64,000 bases of DNA from Anolis carolinensis (GCF_035594765.1 NC_085842.1:78344782-78408781); one strand, 5' to 3'. Counted from the stretch's first letter, positions 19,942-31,509 are shown. Numbers and translations are program-made. The notes: generated by a model not told the origin, from the letters alone.

Positions 19942-22900
19942 TCTTCTTTCGGTGCCAACATATAAAAAATTGTGGAACCATAGCTGTTTTAGTTATTGGT
20001 GGGGGAGGGCAAACTGTTTTTATTGCATCTTACTGTACATTGTGGGATTGTTTTTTTAAAAAAATATATATGGACACTTTTAATAAGCATATTTCACTTT
20101 TTTGTTATATTATGTTGACTTTTCTTAAATATACAGACTTGTGCATATGGTTCTTTAACCTGGAAGATGATCTCATGTTTGCTTATAAATGAAATAAGGT
20201 TGCATCCTTTTTCTTCACACGGAGGTTCTGATGCCATCCATGTTTTTTTTAAGAAGTAAGAATATTAACAGTTTAGCTGGGAAATGTGAATCTACATCTT
20301 AGCAGCACAAACACCCTTCTGCTCATCTGCTTATGTGGCAGTGACTTCCAATAAATATATCAAGTGAGTCTAAAATCATAAAGCTACTGGGGTGGGGAGT
20401 GGATAGAATCAACTTAGTAAATTACAATTTTAAACATTCATTCAGAGGGCTGCGGAATAAACAAGGAAGGCAGTTCCTGGCCATCTTCTTTGAGCTATTC
20501 CAAATTTCAGGACTGGTTTTTGTTGATGAAACTGGTGTATATGAAGAGCTCTACCAACATGAAAGCTTCTATGTGTTGCCAGTAGGCCCTGGACATGTGA
20601 GTGCAGTATCTTATGTTTTTTGTCCAGAATGAGACTTGAACTTATCACAGCAGATTATCCAAGGAAGATTCTTGAGGAAGCATAATGATAAAAGATGCAA
20701 ATATTTTCTATTTTGTTACCTAGCATGGTTCACTTTTTGACATGGTATATTAATACCGCAAGTCATTTGTAACAACATACTTTTTTTGGGGGGGGGGGGG
20801 GGGGAAACGTGTTTCTTAAATATTGCAGGATCTAGGATTCTTTTGTATTTCTATCACTGGAACTAAAATTGGACATAGTTCTATTCAGCTTTAAGTTACT
20901 TTTGCAAATGTACTAGTTTTAAACTGTGATCTTTGACAGTAAATAGGGCCTATAGAAGGGTTACTAGCATATTTTCCATCTTGAAATATATGTTACATTA
21001 GTAATTTGAGACTGATTGATAATTTGCCTTTTCCAAAAAACATTCTCACATGGAAAATATTGTACTTCATCTGTTGAGTATGTTAACCAACATACTCTGG
21101 ATGGATTGCAATTATTTCAACACATTTGTTGACAGAAGGGAAGTTACATACACCCTAATTGTGCATTTCTTTATTTAGACAGTCACTTAAGTTTTGAAAT
21201 AACTTACCCCCCAATCACTTGGGATCACAGTCTTAAGGTATCTCTAATAGCTACAGTTACAATCTAGGCTAATTCCTTAAAACATAAAAGGCCCATAGTT
21301 ATGTCTACTGCAGTTTTTACATTCATTTAAACAGGTTTCCCCTAGCTCCTGAATTTGTGTAATTCTCTGGTTTTCTGCTTACGTACATAGTATAACTTTC
21401 CAGATTCAAAGCCTTCCTCTGTTTGGAGATGATTGGTGGCTTATAGACAAAAGTCTTCATTTGTAAAAATTACAGCTTCAGAAAAAGCTGAGGGATGCAA
21501 TGTATTTTTAAGAATCAAACAGATTTAGAGAGGAATGTACCAATCAACTACATAAAACGTACATTAATGAATGAAAAATTATGTTTTAGATAGCTTGTTT
21601 AATTACAAGGTAACTAGATGAAGGATTGTTGTTCTGTTAGCTTCGGGGAATGAACAGATCACTAGGAAAACAAGTTTATTCTGGATTTTTTCAGTTTATC
21701 TGTTCATAGTTCTATCACAGTATAATGCAAATCCAGAAAATAGAAATATATTTGATGCCTCTGGATCTGTTCAAATCATACGTTGTAATGGTGGTGATAA
21801 AACATAGCCCCAAAAAGTACAAGCAAAACTATTAGAGATTCTGATGGGGTAGTACCTCAATTAATATTACAGGGGATCTTCTGCATTCTGCAGTTGGTGG
21901 TACACAATTTATTTTTGCTATGTCTGGAAACCTCATAGAAACACTGCTACCACCAGCTCTTTGTACCCATGGAGTTGGCTTAGCTAGCTGTGCAGCAACA
22001 TTCAACACAAAACTGGCTCAATCCTGGTGGGTGTGAGAGTGCTATTCTGAATTTGGCCAGTTTGTTTAAATTTCCTCACACGTTGCAACTTTCAAAAGTA
22101 GTTGGCAGCATGTCTTGAACGTAAGGTTTTTTTTTCTTTTTAGCACTTTGAACCACCATAGACTTTTGTTAATACAATCTCATTGTTTAAGGTACTGCAA
22201 AGATTACACCAAAGAGCCTAGCATACATTTATTTTTATTTATTAAAAATAAATATTTCTGAAGAACAGGATGAGATGCCCCCATTGGATTTTGTGTAGTT
22301 CAGAAGAATCGGGATGAAATGAATTGCAGTTTTGTCTTTCCCAGTTATTTAAGTTGACGGTAGCATCACATCTTCTAAAAGCCCAGGAGTAAACAATGAG
22401 AACTGAAAAAGAGGCCTCTTATGGAAGTGCAGAGCACTCCTTTTAGACCATTAGGCTGGCCCTAATTATCTTAGATGTTATTTATTCCAAAATCATGTCT
22501 CTGTGTGCAGGGGGAATTTCAATAATATGTATGGTGGTTTGAGGTTTGGTGGCTGCAATTCTGGATTGCACAACCAATTGACTGAAGTGTTTTCTAACTC
22601 TAAATCGTTTGTAACAAAAACAAACCATGTATTTTGTCGATTTGAGCCCACTGTTTTCTATAGTCTCACACTGTATTAAATTAAACGTATGCGAAATGGT
22701 TGCCTCAGGTAAGTGGAAAAATACATCCATTCTAAACTACTTTGGAAGGGATTAACCATTCACAAGCTATTCCATATTCTCCCTTCTTAAAGAGCAAGTG
22801 TGTGTAATATTTAAGCTTATGTTTATGTTTTCATCATACAAGCCTTTGGACCTGGTTAATCCATGCCTCATTTTTGCTCCTGGCTGTACACTTCAATGAG

Positions 22901-22990
22901 TAAAGTAATTAGTAGTAATTGTGCATGTACTATCACTTTGTCTTTTGGAGGATTTTTAATTTGAATAAAAATAGTATTCAATTTGGATTA
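19942..22990 (+). other. PBRM1: Probable long PBRM1 3'UTR; candidate AATAAA at 22964-22969 (alternative near 23519)
   Basis: About 3 kb of unique sequence with no recognisable repeats after the stop codon; the end point is inferred. Confidence 0.5.
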
Positions 22991-23760
22991 ACTAGGTTTG
23001 ATCCATTGAGATGTCTTTCCCCTTCTAAGTCTTGTTATCCGCAAAGAAATCACAACATACATCTTTCTTGTGAATGATAGGTCAGTGTCAGACTCCTATG
23101 ATTTTTTTCTCTTTAGGAGTGAGGAAAGATTGAAAGTAATTTCTTAAATTACACATTTACTCTAAAGGGTATTTTAAACCATGCCCAGGTGTCCAGTATC
23201 TCTAAAGTGTTCTCTCTTGTAAACCATGAAATCTAGATTAATTCTTCGGCACGGTTTTGGTTTTGTTACATAGCCTATTTCTGTCTTCTATGAGACATAC
23301 TGTCCTATATTCTTGTGTAGGACACCTCCCTTAGGTTGTGATAATTTTTTTCCACAGACCCTGCCTTAGCATTTGAAGAATTAGCTGCAGCAAAGCTTGA
23401 TGTCCCTATGTCGAGATCAACCAATTTCATAACCAAAGTGTTCTCTTTAATAATAGAAATAATATAGTACATTGTGATTGCAGAAGAGATCTTATTTTGA
23501 AAAAGTGATGAATACATAAATAAATGCCTTAGTTAACAGCCATTGTTTCTAAAGCACAATATAGGTAGCGAATTGTCTTTATCCCGTAAGCAACTCTAGT
23601 TAAACAAAGACACAGCAACAGCACTTTCTGTCATCAGGCCTGGTTGCAAAAAAATATATCCTGCAGGATGAGATATAGTCAGCCTGAAAAATTCAACAAT
23701 GGAAGGCTAGTAGGATTTAGCACTTGAAAATTCACATCACATCGCAATGCACCATGAAAT

Positions 23761-23819
23761 TCATCTTCCTTCCAAGTTCTCATGTTGTCTCTCAGACTGC
23801 TTTCTGCGGTAAACATCAT
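23761..23819 (-). CDS. SMIM4: SMIM4/UQCC5 last coding exon (YDVYRRKQSERQHENLEGR*)
   Basis: Minus-strand ttttacag acceptor at 23820-23821; matches recalled YDVYRRKASERQY; TGA at 23761-23763. Confidence 0.9.
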
Positions 23820-24912
23820 CTGTAAAACAATTTGTGATTATTTTTGAAGGTGCCGTGAAGAAGTTTTCTTTAAATGTAAATTTTGTTACTTAAGACAGCT
23901 AGCTTACATCTGTACAAAGATTATGTTTAATATAATCAACTGAGTTTATTCAAAAGACTATTTTGAATACTGGGGTAGTGGATAAACAATATTCATGCCA
24001 GTTTCCTTCTGTGGAAAGAATGAAACATATTCTTCTAACCCTGATAAATTTTGACATCAATTTCACATAATTTGATTTTGCTTAGTGTGAGACCTCCCAC
24101 TTGAGTTGGAGATCACCTGTACTGATTTCAGTCTCTCCCTAAAATGAAGGGCATATTTGACTTCATGAGAAGTTGTACTTTAGCAAAACTGGTGAAACCT
24201 AGTTCAGAGGAGAGAACAGGACAAAATTCTCTGTTTGAAAAATGAATGTGGATCTACTAGGTAGTGATCCGTCTCTGGATGACTGCTGCAAGATGTGAGA
24301 GATACAGAACGCCCCATATTGCAAAGATAAGACCAAACATTCTGAAATTATCTAACCTTCAGTTCCAGCATACCATCAAATAGCCCTGAAGAATCTAGAA
24401 ATTCCTAGTGAGATAAATTGTCTAGGAATTTCCTAGGTAATCCAGATCAAGTCTAACTTCTAGGGGATCATACCACAGAATCATCTGGATGTCCTAGCAA
24501 ATTACTAGGGAAACCATTTTCCTTTGGATATAGGTTCTGGAATTATGAGGTCAACTTTGAAGATACATTCAAGTGCCCAGAAAATGTCTGTTGCTGTGAG
24601 CCATCAACTTCTATCTTACCTATTGGTCAAAGTCCTGAAACTCCACTGAAGTTTTCACTGACAATTATATCTGCAAAAATCAGGAAGTGCAACTGAAACC
24701 AGTTGATTCTGCTAGAAGGTTCAGAAATGTTTGATAGCATTAATCATGGAGTCTTTAGTGAACCATGTACTTAAAGTGATTGCTCATTACCTTTCATATT
24801 ATATTATTAAGAAATGGTGCCTGAAAACAAGCATGAAGCCCTTCTAAAGAACAGTGTAAAATACTGGAGAAAAAATATGGCAGTATATTTGAAAGCTTTT
24901 TACAATACTTAC

Positions 24913-25063
24913 AAAAAGTCTCTTTGCCGATACGAACATTGATCATAAACCATTCCATAGCACCTCCAAGAAGAAAGAAGAAAGGGAGAAATCTATAAAT
25001 GCCAAAGCGCTGCTTTCCAGGCACCATATACAATAGCCGCTTTATTCTATGGCTGATGTGCAT
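24913..25063 (-). CDS. SMIM4: SMIM4/UQCC5 first coding exon (MHISHRIKRLLYMVPGKQRFGIYRFLPFFFLLGGAMEWFMINVRIGKETF)
   Basis: Diagnostic VPGKQRFGIYRFLPFFF.LGG.MEW motif; GTAAGT donor at 24907-24912. Confidence 0.93.
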
Positions 25064-25909
25064 TTCCTGTGAGATGGAGGCTAATTCTGGAGGGGAAAAA
25101 ATGGATAATAGTCAACACTGCTGGGGGTAGGGTGCAGTATTGGCACATTCTTCAAATGTTTCAATGATAGTTAAGAAATGTGTTGTATTTTCTTGTCTTC
25201 CTCCTTGGTACTCTTAAGAGTTTCCCAGTATTACACAATTCCATGGCTGATTGGCAATATATGATCTTAGAACACTCAAGTGTACTGATTTGTACATTTC
25301 AAACCTGTCTTACATACATTATGGGTTGTATACAATATTCCTGAGTGCTGGAGTAGGACTTTGAAGACTGATCACAACTCAGCCATGGAAACCCATTGGG
25401 TACAAATCTTAACTCCTAGCATTACGAGGACGGCAATTGTACATTTTGTCGTAAGAACCCTATGATAGGGTTGACCTAAGATGGGGTCATCTTGAAGATA
25501 CATTAACCACATATTCTACAAGTGTGGAATATTAGACCCTCTTAAATAGTTCATGGAGGAAAAGTGACACAAAATAAAACAGCTGGAGCTCTTCTTGTCT
25601 CCTATTACAGTCAGTGCTCCACTATCACAGGGGTTAGGGACATAGGAACCCCGTGAAAGTGAACAATAAGGACATTGCTATTTTTTTTTTACCTGAGAGA
25701 ACACCTTTAGGGATTTTTAAATCTTCCACTGTGACAATATGATCAACTTTTGCTGAAAGCTTATCATAGAATTGCTTGGAGGACCTGGAGGGAACATTTT
25801 TATGTAAACAGTCAAATCGGGAAAGGCCAAAATCAGAAATGTGGAAGGATGGCGATCCATTATTTGGTGTTTTATTCAAGCAGTAGGCAACCTCAAAATT
25901 GGTAGCCCA

Positions 25910-26895
25910 ATACGCTGTACATTGTACCAAGTTCAAAAACTGCAATTGATTCAAAATATGGCAGCTAGATTGGTCTTGGAAAATTCTTGATTTAAGGTGT
26001 TGGCATGCTGGCTGACATCCAAACAGAGGATGGGCTGGAGGTGTCAATGCCTTGGTCCTTTTGTTATTGGCTGCTACTGCCTGACGGATGTCAGGTGGTG
26101 CAATACCGGCTAAACAGACTTCACTCTGGGACAAGACGCAGAGCCAATCTTAAGAAATGGGGCTACAGATATAGGAGTGTGGAGAAGAGCAAACCACAAA
26201 CTGCAATGCAGCCTGAACCCTGTCACGTGCACAATGGAGGACCTTCTCACAGCAACACCAGAGGCGAGCTTCTGGAAATTTAGTATAATGTCAAGTTTTA
26301 ACTTTCTTTGTTTTTTATAATACATTATAATTGTTCCCTCAATTCGCTTATGACATGATAAAATAAGCCAGATTGAGCACAGGAACATACAGGAGAGAGC
26401 ATATTACACCTATCCTAAATTCACTCTATTGGCTGGCAATTAGTTTCTGGGAAATGCACAAAGTATTGGTTTTGACTCTTAAGGCCCTGCATGGTTTGGG
26501 TCCAGGTTACCTACAATATCGCCTTCTCCTGCACGATGTGCCTTTTAGGATACTAAGGTTTTCTGGAGGGCATTCGCTTCAGTCAGCCAGAATCCAACTA
26601 GGACTTTTCATCGGCCTCCCCATGATTGTGGAAATGGCCTGCCGGAAGAGCTAGATCAGTGGTAGGAATTTAAACCACATTTGAAGACCCTACTGGTGGG
26701 CCTACCCAGTCAACTTTCAATCAGGAATTTTAAAGCTATGCTCTGTGTCTATTTTAAACTTTGTTCTGTGTATTTTAATATGCTTAAAGATATGTTTTAA
26801 TCTATTTGTATACTGAATGTTTTTACAATGTGTTTGGTAATATTGTGCCCCGCCTCGATCCATTAGGAGAGGCAGGTAAGAAATGAATTATTATT
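25910..26895 (+). mobile_element. L2-type LINE 3' fragment split by a Vingi insertion
   Basis: KLQLIQNMAARL (to 25972) continues as STGTYRREHITPILNSLYWL...LKALHGLGPGYL (from 26376). Confidence 0.8.
25973..26365. mobile_element. Vingi-type LINE remnant with 5' inversion
   Basis: Minus-strand LAGIAPPDIR...HPLFG.QPA..HLKSR joined to plus-strand LNRL.SG...ANLKKWGY...CGEEQT and 3' tail; TSD AGC(T/C)AGATTG at 25963-25972 and 26366-26375. Confidence 0.72.
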
Positions 26896-26907
26896 ACTGT
26901 ATTATTG

Positions 26908-27780
26908 TATGACACAGCAAACAAGATAGATATGCTAGATTTCATATCACAAAATCACAAGTCGAACACTTTCCAAGTGTCTAGGACTGTGTGATGTATT
27001 TTCGGATGATGTGTGCAGTTCTCAGTAGGGTGGCCTTTTGCAGTTGGCAGATCATAATTTTGTCAATGTCTGTTGTTTCCAAATGCCGGCTGAGATCTTT
27101 TGGCACACCACCCAATGTGCCGATCACCACCGGGACCACCTGTACTGGTTTCTGCTAGAGTCTTTGAAGTTCAATCTTGAGGTCCTGATAGCGGCTGAGT
27201 TTTTCCTGTTGTTTTTCGTCAATGCGACTGTCACCTGGGATGGCAACATCAATGATCCAAACCTTTTTCTTTTCCACAACTGTGATGTCTGGTGTGTTGT
27301 GTTCCAGAACTTTGTCAGTCTGGATTCAGAAGTCCCACAGTATCTTTGCATGCTCATTTTCCAATACCTTTACAGGTTTGTGATCCCACCAGTTCTTTAC
27401 TGCTGGGAGGTGGTACTTGAGGCATAAGTTCCAATGAATCATTTGGGCCACATAGTTGTGACTCTGTTTGTAGTCTGTCTGTACGATTTTCTTATAGCAG
27501 CTGAGGATATGATCAATGGTTTCGGCGGTTTCCTTGCACAGTCTGCATTTTGGGTCATCAGCTGATTTTTCGATCTTGGCCTTAGTTGCATTTGTTCTGA
27601 TGGCTTGCTCCTGGGCTGCAAGGATCAGGCCTTCTGTCTCCTTCTTCAGTGTCCTATTCTTGCGCCATAGCCAGGTCTTCTCCTTATCAGCTTTTCCTTC
27701 AATTTAGTCAAGGAACTTTCCATGCAATGTTTTGTCGTGCCAGCTATCAGCTCTAGTTTGTAGTGCAGTTTTCTTGTACT
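26908..27780 (-). mobile_element. R4/Dong-clade non-LTR retrotransposon 3' fragment (CCHC plus restriction-like endonuclease)
   Basis: Degenerate ETEGLILAAQEQAIRT, KCRLCKE..ETIDHILS.C, HNTPDITVV, IIDVAIPGD and EKLSRYQDL motifs; flanked by (TAT)n. Confidence 0.8.
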
Positions 27781-27790
27781 ATTATTATTA

Positions 27791-27902
27791 CAGTAGAGTC
27801 TCACTTATCCAACACTCATTTATCCAATGTTCTAGATTAATCAAAGCATTTTTGTAGTCAATGTTTTCAATACGTTTATGTTGGATAAGTGAGACTCTAC
27901 TG
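27791..27902. mobile_element. Tc1/mariner-type MITE (TIR CAGTAGAGTCTCACTTATCCAA, TA TSD)
   Basis: Terminal inverted repeats flanked by TA. Confidence 0.85.
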
Positions 27903-28198
27903 TATTATTATTATTCTACAATGTCTTCTAAACTAAAAAGCTAGTCACATTTATGTTTGCATGTTCAGTTTGTTTTTACATGTAAACATTAGGGAGAAGT
28001 TATTGTTAGAAATTTTCTGGGTGGTATGGAAAACTACGCAAAAACAGCAGAGCATCCAGAAATATGCAAAAACAGGATTCTTATAGTCAGGCATTCAGCA
28101 CACAACAAGAAGAGTGTGAAGTGCCATGTGGCTGTGAGGAATTTTGAGCTTAGGAGGCAAACATGCATTTTTCTGACTTTAAAATCACAAAAGGTTTA

Positions 28199-28389
28199 AA
28201 GTGTTGTTGAAGGCTTTCATGGCCGGGATCACCGGGTTGTTGTATGTTTTCCGGGCTGTATGGCCATGTTCCAGAAGTATTCTCTCCTGATGTTTCGCCC
28301 ACATTTATGGCAGGCATCCTCAGAGGGCGAAACGTCAGGAAGAGAATACTTCTGGAACATGGCCATACAGCCCGGAAAACACAACAACC
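28199..28389. mobile_element. Penelope-like element terminal remnant with inverted (hairpin) arms
   Basis: Arms ~28234-28299 and ~28326-28390; 13-bp TSD CACAAAAGGTTTA at 28186-28198 and 28390-28402. Confidence 0.8.
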
Positions 28390-28726
28390 CACAAAAGGTT
28401 TATTTACAAAAATAATTACATTTCTTAATAGTAAAGAACTGGGTCTGAGCTACTCTAACTAACCCCATCTCTTCTAGGGTTCAAAAGAGAGGGAAAACCC
28501 ACCAAGCACTACATCTCTCCTGCCACATAAGCAAAGAGAGATCTCAATACATACAGCACATACCACGAAGTAAAAGTAGAAGTCAAAGACAAAAGGCATG
28601 CACCTGCAAAGTATCTACATACCAAGGTGGCTACATAACCAATCAGAATGGGAGTAGAATCAGAAATAGATACATTCTAATAGTCATTTAGGCGACACAG
28701 GGGAAAGGATATCCCTCAGCCCATTC

Positions 28727-28861
28727 CAGTGGTCCTCAATTTGTGGGTCCCCAGATGATTTGGCCTTCAACTCCCAGGAATCCTAACAGCTGATAAATTG
28801 ACTGGGATTTCTGGGAGTTGTAGGCCAAAATACCTGGGGACCCACAGGTTGGAAAACAATG
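28727..28861. mobile_element. hAT-type MITE (degenerate)
   Basis: CAGTGG termini; 8-bp TSD GCC(C/T)ATTC; same family as 31375-31509. Confidence 0.7.
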
Positions 28862-29269
28862 GCCTATTCTAAGCTAACTAACTCTTCCTCATTGAGAACT
28901 GCAGACTTGGGTAGTGTGGGGTTTAACTCCAGAAATTATTAGAGAGAAATTAGGGGCGACCCTTGTCCTTTTGACAAGGACAAAATAATAGGAAAGAATC
29001 TAGAACAGGCATGGGCAAACCGGCTGTCAGGAATTGTGGGAGTTAAAGTCCAAAAAACTTGGGAGGGCCAAAGTTTGCCCTGCCTGGCCTAGGCAATAAC
29101 TGGCACTGGTATTGTCGCTGGCCCTTCAATCACTTTGGACTGCGACTCCCACAGTCCTCTACCACTGGCAAAGGCGGCAGGGGATTCTGGGGGCTGAAGT
29201 CCAGAGACGACTAAGCACACTCAGCGCGTGCTCAACAACCGCTCACAACCCAACCCTTCCCGTCCTGAA

Positions 29270-29808
29270 TGCAGCCAATCAGGGGGCGCGGAAGAAGGCG
29301 CGAGCCCCCTCGCTCACCTCGGAAGCCAAAGGAGAAAGAAGGCCGGCGCAGAAGGCTGAACCAGGCGCAATGGAAGACCTTCACCTTGCTCCGCCCCTAG
29401 TTAAGGCAACAGCTTCATCTGATTGGCTGCTGTCTTGGAGGCGTGGCCTAGGCAGCGCTTGGGGAGGAAACGGAAATGAACAAGGAGTCTTTCGTGAGGG
29501 GAAGAACGCTTTTTAGCGAGAGGGAGTATTGATGTATAGAGATGTACAGAGATATTGTGATTGGTCGAGACCAGTGATTCCTTTGAGCCTTAGGAGTTCC
29601 GGACTTCAACTCCCAGAAGCCCCAGACCGCTTAGACAAGGGAGAGGAATTTGGGGGGTTGAAGTCCAAAACAGCTGGAGGGCCAAGGGTTGAATATCATC
29701 CGCGGGGGTGAGGCGTTATGTCGTCACATCCGGCAGTAGCGAAGTCTTTGGTTTCCTTGGAAACCCTCGAGAGGAGAAATGGGCAGCTCTGGCTAGGCCC
29801 CCTCCGCC
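29270..29808. promoter_or_regulatory. CpG-rich, probably bidirectional promoter (SMIM4 non-coding exon 1 on -, PSME3 retrogene on +)
   Basis: CCAAT boxes at ~29275, 29422 and 29560; GC box 29391-29396; minus-strand GTGAG donor at 29313-29317; ETS/CRE-like motifs near 29720-29733. Confidence 0.6.
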
Positions 29809-30552
29809 ATGGCTTCCCTCCTCAAAGTGACCCCGGAGGTTAAGATGGCGGTAGACTCTTTCAGGGAGCGAATCACAGGAGAAGCCGAAGAGCTCGTCGC
29901 GCATTTTTTCCCGAAGAAGTTTTTAGAACTGGATGCTTTCCTTCAGGATCCGACTCTGAACTTTCGCGATCTCAGCCAAATCCACTCAGATGTGAGCTAC
30001 CCTGTTCCCATCCTGCTGGGGCCAAACAGCCCTGCAGGGCCCAGTCTGAAAAAGAGGAAACTGGAAGGCAACTTGCAAGGCACCAGAGTCCTTGTGGTGC
30101 CTCAAGGGATGCCGAAGAGCAACCAGAAGCTGGTGGACATCCTGGAGAAGGTGAAACCCGAGATACGGCTGCTGATGGAGAAGTGCAACGTGGTCAAACT
30201 GTGGGTGCAGCTCTCCATTCCCAAGATAGAAGGCGGCAACAGCTTTGGGGTTTCTGTTCAGGAGGACACTGTGGCCGAGCTCCAAACTGTGGAGAGCGAG
30301 GCAGCGCTGCACCTGGACGAGATCGCGAGATACTACACCGCGCGGGCAAAGCTGGTTTCCAAAATAGCTAAATACCCTCACGTGGAGGACTACCGTCGCA
30401 CAGTAACCGAGATGGACGAAAAGGGATATATCTGTCTGAGGCTCCTCATTTTGGAGCTGAGAAATCAATACGTGCTTCTCCATGACATGATCCTAAAGAA
30501 TATTGAGAAAATCAAGCAGCCCCAGAGCAGTGAGGTAGAGGCTCTCTACTGA
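29809..30552 (+). CDS. PSME3: Intronless PSME3-like (PA28gamma/REGgamma) proteasome activator retrogene, 247 aa, intact
   Basis: MASLLKV...DSFRERIT...FFPKK...KVKPEIRLL...RAKLVSKIAKYPHVEDYRR...LHDMILKNIEKIK; strong Kozak CCGCCATGG; single exon, so a paralog rather than the multi-exon ortholog. Confidence 0.92.
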   Translation: MASLLKVTPEVKMAVDSFRERITGEAEELVAHFFPKKFLELDAFLQDPTLNFRDLSQIHSDVSYPVPILLGPNSPAGPSLKKRKLEGNLQGTRVLVVPQGMPKSNQKLVDILEKVKPEIRLLMEKCNVVKLWVQLSIPKIEGGNSFGVSVQEDTVAELQTVESEAALHLDEIARYYTARAKLVSKIAKYPHVEDYRRTVTEMDEKGYICLRLLILELRNQYVLLHDMILKNIEKIKQPQSSEVEALY

Positions 30553-30778
30553 TCAATGAACTGTTCAGTAGACTCAGTTACAGCCTTTGCCTAAATTTAT
30601 GGGACTACCAAGTCTGAAAAAGCTGGCAGGAAACAGTCCTCATCACACTTTAGTTAAACGTCTACAGAAACACATTCCTAGTGCTTTCTGGTTGGTTTTT
30701 ATTTGGGTGTTGGGGTTTGTCCCTCTCACTCATATTTTAACATGTGGAAGGTATGCCTCAGAGCTTCTTTTCCTACTT

Positions 30779-31058
30779 TTTTAAAAAAAAACATACGAAA
30801 GCAATTTGAGAACATACTGTAAGTCGCTTCTGGTGTGAGAGAATTGGCTGTCTACAAAGAAGTTGCCCAGGGGATGTCTGGATGTGTTACCATCCTAGTG
30901 GGAGGCTTCTCTTCTGTCCCTGCAAACTATAGCTGACAGATGGGAACTCACCCCATCTCACAGATTTGAACTGGCAACCTTCAGGTCAACAACCAAACCT
31001 TCAGGTCAGCAGCCCACCCAGCACAAAGCTTTAACCCATTGCACCACTGCAGCTCCTC
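30779..31058 (-). mobile_element. tRNA-derived SINE downstream of the PSME3 retrogene
   Basis: 12-bp TSD CTTTTCCTACTT at 30767-30778 and 31059-31070; tRNA-like head on the minus strand. Confidence 0.7.
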
Positions 31059-31374
31059 CTTTTCCTACTTAGGTGGGGATAACACAGTGGCTGATTTGAT
31101 TCAGGAGGCAATAATTTCCAGTTCCAGCAGTCCTGAATGCCTACTTGCCTGGATGAATGCTCCCTTCTTAGAGTACACCTACACTGTAGAATAAATGTAG
31201 TTTGGCACCACTTTAGGTGACATGGCTCAATGCTATGGAATTATGGGAATTATAGTTTTATAAGGCTTTAGCTCCCTGCCAAATAGGACAGGTGCCTCAC
31301 CAAACTAAAAATCCCATGATTTCATAGCATTGAATCAAGGAGGTTAAACTGATGTCAAACAACACCACTTAGAT

Positions 31375-31509
31375 CAGTGGTTCTCAACCTGGGGTCCCCA
31401 GATGTTTTTGGCCTACAATTCCCAGAAATCCCAGCCAGTTTACCAGCTGTTAGGATTTCTGGAAGTTGAAGGCCAAAAACATCAGGGGATCCCAGGTTGA
31501 GAACCACTG
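31375..31509. mobile_element. hAT-type MITE
   Basis: TIR CAGTGGTTCTCAACCTGGG; perfect 8-bp TSD ACTTAGAT. Confidence 0.88.

Noticed and set aside
24794-24912. 3' extension of the SMIM4 ORF
   Set aside because: Intronic read-through past the GTAAGT donor; the true C-terminus is at 23761-23819.
29112-29516. 134-aa ORF upstream of the retrogene
   Set aside because: Non-ATG start, partly MITE-like and promoter sequence, no recognisable homology.
29986-30483. 165-aa antisense ORF over the PSME3 retrogene
   Set aside because: Shadow ORF of a GC-rich coding strand with no recognisable motifs.
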